Assembly (NCBI GenBank): GCA_002633005.1
Contig: NMRA01000671.1
Span: forward strand, 165,950 to 215,038
Direction: 5' to 3'
DNA length: 49,089 nt
Source of the DNA: Phoronis australis
Lineage: Eukaryota; Animalia; Phoronida
In this document: in pieces, positions 36,001-45,000 of the stretch
How the letters are laid out: each line of letters begins with the position of its first letter
How positions within the stretch are numbered: position 1 is the first letter of the stretch
The notes under the pieces: model-generated
The model's input: only the letters and a program-made list of their open reading frames with translations
Database searches by the model: none
Told to the model about the DNA's origin: nothing
Program-made: the position numbers and the translations under genes

Positions 36001-39000
36001 GATGAGATCTATTTGCATATTAAATTTGCAGGGAGTCTAAAATAAGGCCTAAGTACTTGAACTGGTCAAAACTCTCGATGGGAGAACCATTGACAGAAAG
36101 CGCCGGTTTGTGTTGTTTTAATTTCTGGTGGTTTCCCATCAACATGGGCTTGGTTTTTACTAACGTTAAGAGTGAGTTTATTTTGAACCAGCCAGTCATG
36201 GATTATAAGGGTTAGCTCATCGCTGAGAGAAGTCTCAAGTTATACTACTGATCCAGCTTTGGGCATAACGATTGCAGTGTCGGCATCAACATTTACAACT
36301 GGTGCACTGTTGTGGAGGACACTAGAGAGATCTTAAACAAAGATAGTGAATAATAGAGGGCCCAGAATGGAGCCCTGAGGTACATGTATGCTCGTGATAA
36401 CGGTTGAGTAGTCAAGAGGGAATACCGCCGTTTTTTGGTTACCTGTTTGCGGTCGTATAAGTAGCTTTAAATCAAAGGAGTTCGTTATCGTTAACTCCAT
36501 AGGACTCTAGTTTCTTTGATAAGATACCATGGTCCACAGCGTCAAAGACTTTCTTACGGTAAACAGACACATCACCTGTATGCCTCCCACGATCGATATG
36601 CGGGCAGACGTCATGACTGCGGTCCACTCGCTGAGAGTTTGATGTTGGACCAGCTCAGCAAACTGCAATGATGTCAAGCATTAAGAATTAAAAAAGAGTG
36701 ACAGGTTTCGCAATTAAAGAGAGGCGAATCTCCCTGTACTCGAGTAAAATACGCAAACACTATCGGGATTACGTCACAACCAAGAATGGATTGTAAAACA
36801 CGGAAATAGAGAATCCTAAACCAGTTTCAGGTTTATGACATGAGCAAAACCTCTTGGAAATTTCGTCAAAATCCCGAGGCTTGCCTAGGAATTTTTGACT
36901 GTGTAAGATTTGTTTTCTCACATGAACTGTAAAAACGATCTTTTTGCCGATAAATCGACTTGTCTAACCACGTGACACCGATGTGTGTAACAACACACTA
37001 GCGCAATGTAAACTCAGTCTTTTTGTTGATAGTTATATTTAAAACTGAAGAATTATCAATCGCATTCTGCTTTCGTAACGAACACTCAAGTCATACTCCA
37101 AAAATAGTCTTTAAAGTTGTAATATTGAGACTTAACAAATGCTTGTAAATAACATTCAGCAGGGTTTCCCCACACATGAGTACTGAATTGACCTTGAGAC
37201 TTCACAGCTAGACAGTCTCACCGCGTTTCTTGAGTTTGGGTTCGTCTCCATTTGAATGAACGTGCAGAGGCTGATCCCGGATTTTGAGTTGCGGGAGGGC
37301 CAGGGCAGAGGATTAGTCATTATTTTGTTCGTCATTTGCATTTCTGATGTGCCAAATGGAATCTGGGAGAATTTTAAGTGGAGTCATGGCCTGGTTGCCG
37401 CAACATTATATTGGCCAGTGACGTGGAAACAGAATTTGCCGCCGTTTAAGAAGCTGTTTAAGCCTTGGTCACAACCCGCCGTACGTGCAAGTGCGTGCTG
37501 TCTACGTGTAAAAACGTGGGGGAAATTTGGCGATCCGTACGTGGCAAGTACGGCCTCCGTGCGTTTTGGTGAATACGCAGGAGAACGCAGACACGACGTA
37601 GCACTTTTAGTGCATGCAGAACTTTCTCTGCGTGCAAGCTGCGTTCGCATTTACAGATTCACGGCAGTACGTGTGACGTGCGTCCTCCCTGCGCTTGCCA
37701 CTCCCTACTCACGTTTTCAGAAAAACGTGGTGCCCGTGGCGTCCGCAGAAAACGTACGAACAATAAACACGCACGGCGGGTTGTGACCATAGCTTTACAT
37801 ATCCTACCAACTGGGAGTACATACAGTTGCAAAAGGTGATTTGCCAATCATAACCTCGTCACCGGTATAATGAGGTTAGTCGCAAGTTTGGTTGTTTTTG
37901 TTTTTTGCAGACTAAGTTGTGTCCATGTGCGTTTACTCGACATATACTTCCAAATAAATGCTCATGAGCGTTTCATTGGGTGAGCTTATCTACTGAAAAC
38001 CCCGCTATTACTGCATCCTCCCCAGATGCAACTTTTTCCGGCTGGTGTAGATCAGACGGAGTCCACTGATGACGTCACAAAAATTAAGTTTGGCGTTTTT
38101 TCTTGATCAAATGTTCACGAATTGAAAAAAAAAACTCTTAAAATATCATACCAACTTTGTTGGTAACCGATTTCAAACATTTAAAACCCATGTTGCCTAA
38201 CAACTTGTATTCACCAACATGACCGCCTACAAAATCCGGAAATTGCAGCAACCAACCATACAGCTGTACACCTTGATGGGTTTATTGGCAGTGAATCAAG
38301 GAATTTCAGACTTGATCAACCGTGCGAGAAAAGATATTAAAATAAAAATGACACTTGACGTCCGTAATGCCAAAGAGAACAATAGACTGTGAAAGCCATA
38401 TAATGCAACAAATCTGACTAATATGAAAACATCGAATTGGTAACAGATCTGCACTGGCAAAAATCCTTTTGTTGAACACAAAACGGATTAGGTGTCTTCA
38501 CATGGACTTCTTTTATTGTTTAAATTCCCATTAGACACGTGATTCTGCTAGAAGTACGGAATGGACAGGCCAGAAGAGAGTGCCGGGGTTTAAATATGCA
38601 ATGTACAACCTGTTGCTATCGGAATTTTGCTGCATCTCCATTATGTTATAGACTTAATTTGGCACTGAAAGTTGGTTTTTGGATGACGTTAACTAGTCCC
38701 AAAAAAACATCACGTACTTGTGCCTGGTATGACTGGAAACGAATTCTTTGCAATTTTAGCTGTTTGTTACTGTGAGGAAGGCTATATTGGAAGCGACTGT
38801 ACAATCGAAAAAAGTAAACCACCGTCAGTGTACTCACTTCCTCAGCAAGGACTATGTGACATAAGGCGTCGGCCGTGTGAAGGAACGCCTGTTTATGGTG
38901 ACTCCTTCGTGGATTCTGACAACCTAACTTGTCATTTGGATTACCTACAGGTATGTTTTAAAGCTTAACCGAAATAAAGGTTCTTCCATACGTTCAGAAG

Positions 39001-42000
39001 CAGTGGACTTAAAAAATGGAAAAGCTCAATTACAGCTGCAAAAGAGCGGATTGATCACTATGACAGCAATGTGTCGAGCATGGACGCTATTCCATGTAGA
39101 TTTGTAGATTGCTAAGGTCAGGCATAAATTTGGACACAACCATCAAAAGCTGCAGTACTTTCTATGCAAGTATGGACCCATCCTCAGGGCAATACAAATG
39201 TATTTGTGAAACATGTAAGGGCAATAATGCATAAGATCATTATATACTGGAATGCCACTTGATTAGGTTTTTTTCTTGGCAGATTGGCCTTGATGGCTCC
39301 AAAACCTTCACCGGCGAAAAGGCTACAACCAAAGCTGAGCTGGAGACGTTCAACGAAATATTTTGTCTCCTTCCGAAGTCACGTGTTCGTCGAAGTATTG
39401 AAGGGAAATACTCTACGGGAATTCCCGTTTCTGGGTACGAAGTCGGAGTCAGTAATGACGGGACGACTGTCAGTGAAAAAGTCACTTTTGTATCCTACGA
39501 TGCACTCTGCATCTCATGCAACGCCTCTGCCTATTGCACTAAAAAGGTAAATCGTTAGCACAGTAGCTTGTTGAAGTAGACGCAGGTTTTGTTTTCTGGG
39601 CTAAGCTAGAGTCCAAAATAATATGTGCTTGGGAAAATACCCGTAATAGGCAGTGAATGAAAATCATTTTTTCAATTTGTGATTGTTTTACGAAATATTT
39701 TATCTGGCTGGTGGTAATGGTATTGTGCATTATCATTATAGATGCTATATTTTGATTTTCATTCTCATCTTCATTCAAACAAGTGATTTTTTGTAAAAAA
39801 TTAAATGTAATTGATGGTTATGTTGCTGGGCGTGAACTTGGAATCTTGATAAATCTCAAGATTGCGTATGAACTTGGAGTACACGATGTAACTTGATAAT
39901 TTAAGTCAAATAATCTCGTTCACGTTGATAACATTTTGCACTGCACTAAATGAAATTACATGCTAATAAAATAACGTTAGCTTTGACCAACTATTTGCAA
40001 TCTTATTCACCAAGCAATAATTGATTTAACAAATCACATATTCCTCCGATTCTTTGACACAAGTTAGGGTAAAGGAGAAAATGGTTGATGTTGAGTCCAA
40101 TAATTACAAACAAATATTTACACTCAACAAGAAGTTTCACCAGATTGCCCAAATCAATGTTCATTTCCAAGTTCACGCCTACAAGTACATGTACACGATC
40201 TTGAGATCAAGCAGGATACCAAGTTCACGCACAGCAATGATAAAAAGTAATTGCACGCGGTCTGATACATGTTGTACCAGACGTGCGCAGGCCGCACATG
40301 TGAGCCCACTGCACTGATCAACTGAAAATATTTTTGTGCTATATTAATATATACTTAAAACCGAGCTGAGGAGCTAGAGACCTGACTCAAGGGTGGGACT
40401 CGAACCCACGACCTCGAAGTAAAGAAGGCGGGCACCATCACACTAGGCCACACTGCCTCCTCTCCCGTACTGTACAGCAATGTCAAAGCGTAGAAAAAAT
40501 GTCCACTAAATGTGGCACACTTTGGAACATCAAGGATCAGACACGGCTCATCGCATTCATGTTTTATGCACTGTAGTGTTCTGTATTTGAATGATGGCCT
40601 ATCATAAATAAGATTCGTGACTTATAAAAAAACCAAAAGATGCATAAAACGAAACGAACGTGATAACTTTGAAAACTGTAAAAGATTTTCGAGATTCCAT
40701 CATGAATTTTTATATGGAGCTAAATTTAGCCATTATATTTCTATCATTGTTTTCCTCTCACTTAATCTCCCTGATCCCCCGATCACGTGACCACATAACG
40801 GGTTGATCGGGGAGGTGGCAAGTGATGCCAACCCTGTTTGCAAGCGAGGGCATTTCCACGGGAAACTAAGTCGCAAGCTCCTCGTCAAATTTTGGACTTG
40901 TGCGTGCCTCACCGAGGTAACATCCTGTAGACTTTTATGTAAGCAGTCTGCAAGTTCACTAAAGGAAATGTGCTTTAAGGGGCTACAATGTGCACCATCG
41001 CAATATGACAGCACATACATGTACAGTATTGTCGCCCACAAGCTACAAGAATGTGTGCCAGATGCGCCAATACATGCCGGCAAAGAGTGCCGACATGGTC
41101 TGTGGTCCTGGAGACAATACATGTACCGATATGTGTCGAAATTACACCTCTACTTCCTTGCCTGTTGAACCACGTGTCCATTTGGTACGTGCTATACTCG
41201 CACCCTGCATGGTAGGTGACAACTGATTATAGAGTTCAGACTTGATTTCCAGCAACATAGTATTCTGGTAATAAACAAATTCGAAGACCTACTAAGTTTA
41301 GAAGGTAAAATCGCGTGGTGTTCAAGGTAGATTCGACTATTTAGTTAAGCAAGTTAGCACTGCATAATTCATTATCTTGAGGCGTGAAGTAAATATTTGC
41401 GGCGTATTTTTACTTCGCAAATAATTATCATTACCTTACGCCGCAAAAAGTACTTTACGCCTCTAACCAGAATTAACTAAATATGCACGCAATTTAGGAG
41501 CGTGACGTTTACCAATTTGTCCAATCATCGGTCATTGCCAAAGATCATCACTTCAACGGCCCTACACTAACAGTCATTGATTTGGGTGTACAAATAAACG
41601 ACCCACGAATACTTGACGTATGCCTGAGGCTCTCTTTTTTCAGGAAACAACGCCCAAGTAAACAATGATGTCTTAAACAATTATTTTAGAGATACGAACC
41701 TAAAGCAACAATGTGCGGGTTCTTCCAAATGTGTATTAAACCTTACCATGAAGCCACGTGTTTAGGCGCGTGCTCAAATAACGGAAATAATACTATTTTC
41801 ACCTAATGGCACTGACAGCTGTTCCCAATATACATAAATCAAAATACCGTTGAATTCTCTTTTCGCCTTCCATAGCAACAGCACTTGTTCATGCAGCCAA
41901 AGTGACTGTTTTGCGACATTATGAAGTAAAATATGTTATGTAGAGCAAGTCTACTCCTATTCAAGCTACAATGCCTGTTCATCAAAGCTCGATGTTCAAC

Positions 42001-45000
42001 GTTTGACTTTGGAATCTGTTCATGACACTAGTAGTACCAGCACCAAATAAACCACCCTCCAATTGTGGAATGTGTCGAACTAGAGTCAAAGAAATTGCTT
42101 GGGAGAAATAGCTCGCGCCTCATGAGAAACGAAGTTTGAGAAAACCTGAATTCGTCCGAAGTGAAATGCTTTTAATTGGAAAAGAACTGCAGCCCTTTAC
42201 AGAAATTTTTACAGATGAGAAAAAGACGCTATCAAAAGGAACTCCCTAGGGGAAGCGAGGAAGATTATCGACTTCTTTCACGTCTCATCTAATTTCTGTC
42301 ATTTTACTTCTCCAATTTGAATCACGACTGTCCAAATCGTAATCACTAACGTCTATTTCCAGAACAACACGTGCTTAATTGGAGGATTCTGTTATTCACC
42401 GGGAGATACAAATCCATCAAATGCCTGCGAGATCTGTTCAGTTACAATCAGCGACAACACGTGGACACTAAAATACGTAAGGGTTTTATTTTAAAATTAG
42501 AATTGTGTTTTTTGCCCTTGCAAACTTGTGTAAGGAAAATTTTATTCTCAAACCTTTAAACCGACACTGTCGATATACAACACATTAAACACATTTGGCG
42601 ATCATTTCCTTCAACCATGTATTCTTTTGAAACTGCATTTTTTTCTTGTATAGTTGTCTTAATTTCAAAATTAGGCAACCCATCAAAACAAAATGAGTCT
42701 TAAAATGTTTTATGTCAGCGTTGCCACTCTTTCTGGAAGAAGGAATCTCCAATGGCGTTAGGTTGACCAAATTTGAACAAGTTATGACGATAACAATATT
42801 TATTATTGGTCACTAGCAAAGTAGCAACAACATTTTGTGTGAATAAACATGTACCGCACAAACAAATAGGGCGCTGTAATACATTTACAGTATTTCGGGA
42901 AGCCAAGTTAGCACTCAAACTCAGCCTCATTGAAACATCACTCGGTCAATTATTTCGATTTTGCTTTTTTTATGCCAACTACAGTTAAAGATAATATTTG
43001 TGTGAGAGTTATCCACTAGCAAAATAAAGTTGTCGGGTATTTACAAAATTATCGGGTATTTTCACGGGGTGCTTTTCTGGCCTCTATACTTAGTAGCAAC
43101 TTGTATTGAAAGGAATCAAACTTTTCGAACGTGGAATCACTGAAAAATGTCTAAACAGTCATTGTTTTCTGCATACATGTACGCGCAAATATGGATAATC
43201 TGAAAGATCACATGGATGTGCAGCGACTATTACTATTGAGGGATGAACAAAAAAGTATATGCGTGTGTTTTTATTAATGAATGTGTTCAACTTTTAAGAA
43301 TTATTCGGTTTGTGTCATTCACATGTCATTCCGTATGCGTTAGCTTCATAGTATTAATCCAGTGAACATCAGCGTGGCGTGGCCAAAAGTATTCCAAGGG
43401 GGAGGGGTTGCAAACGCGATATTAAGAGTGGGGATCATTTTTCAATGGACAGCAGACCCGCAAACGCAAAATTGAACTGTGATACTACCTTTGGAACACG
43501 TTTCGTAATAAACTGGTTGTCATGTCCCCGCTCTGTTTGTAATAAATAGGTTGCCATGTCCCCGCTCTGTTTGTAATAAATAGGTTGTCATGCCCCCGCT
43601 CTGTTTGTAATAAATAGGTTGTCATGTCCCCGCTCTGTTAGTAATAAACAGGTTGTCATGTCCCCACTCTGTTTGTAATAAATAGGTTGTCATGTCCCCG
43701 CTCTGTTTGTAATAAATAGGTTGTCATGTCCCCGCTCTGTAAGTAATAAACTGGTTGTCATGTCCCCGCTCTGTTTGTAATAAACAGGTTGTCATGCCCT
43801 CGCTCTGTAGCCCCTGATTATTCCAGTTGCAGTCATCATGCAATAGCTGTTAAGAATCTTAAAAACCCTGAATTTTTAACAATTTTCATGGCCTGGCTTG
43901 CACCTCATTACAGAATCAATCATGCTTAATCCAAGGACAGTGTTTCCAGGATGGGGAAGTGAACCCGGCAAATGATTGCGAGTTGTGTTCAGCGAAAAAC
44001 AACAGTGGAGATTGGACAAAGAAACACGTGAGTGGGAGGACTGCTGCTTTGCATTTTAGGTAGTGGCTGCACTGACGTGATTCATTCGCCGGTTCAGCTG
44101 AGTCATCCGGCTAAGACATCCAATTGGTTTGTAAGGAGGGAAATCATCATTGCGAAGCAACCACCCGTCTTAGCTGGTGCCGGCCCGTGGTGTTAATGCA
44201 CAGTACCCATTATAACAGACTTGTAGACGGCCTAAGTACTGATGTGTCGGACTTTTTGTTTTGCAAATGTTTTTTCGCAAAATTTCAGCACCCCTGTCTT
44301 ATTATTACTACTGTTGTTTTTGTTATTGTTATTTCTATCAATGACCTAATTAGGTCTTTGTTTCTATGAAAATGACAACGTGTTTCGAACGTATCTTACT
44401 ACTTATATACCCAATAGTTACAGTTTTTATGTATTTCTACGTTTATCTCCGTATCTTCTGAGCTCCATTGCGAATTTTCATGTTCTTTTGGAAAATATTT
44501 TTCTATTGAGGAGACACTATCACCTTCCCATTTTCTGTTTTATTTTACATGCGCGCTACCTAGTGGCCTTTTTAATATTTTTGGTTCAGTGTTGTCGTCA
44601 ACCTCCCTATCGGCTTAACCTTTTTAAGGGTCATTATGAAAACCGGCATATGTGTTTACCCTGGAAAATGCATGGCTGATGACGACGGTTATAACTGCTG
44701 TGACATCCTACGGCAGTTTTATTTGGCTTTATGGTTATGTGGATTTAAGATCAAATCAGACTTTTGACGAATCTCCGTGTGACGAGTTTGTTTTTCTTTG
44801 CATTTGTCTTGATATCAATCAAGTTTCTGGATAATTCTATGAAAACGGAGACATCCATTTGGATACGTACTGCGATTTCTCAATGTTCTATTTGCTCCTT
44901 AGTTCAATTTCTGAGATTGCCACCAGATGGTGCTTTATCCTGTACTTCGTTATATATTTTTAGCTCTTATTTGATACTACATGTAGCCCATAGTGTTTTC

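Noticed and set aside
37256-37786. 176-aa ORF
   Set aside because: It mostly overlaps a GC-rich MITE and has no domain signature.
40733-41226. Overlapping Cys-rich ORFs on both strands
   Set aside because: No recognisable Cys spacing or good splice sites, and they are not needed for the phase-consistent gene model.
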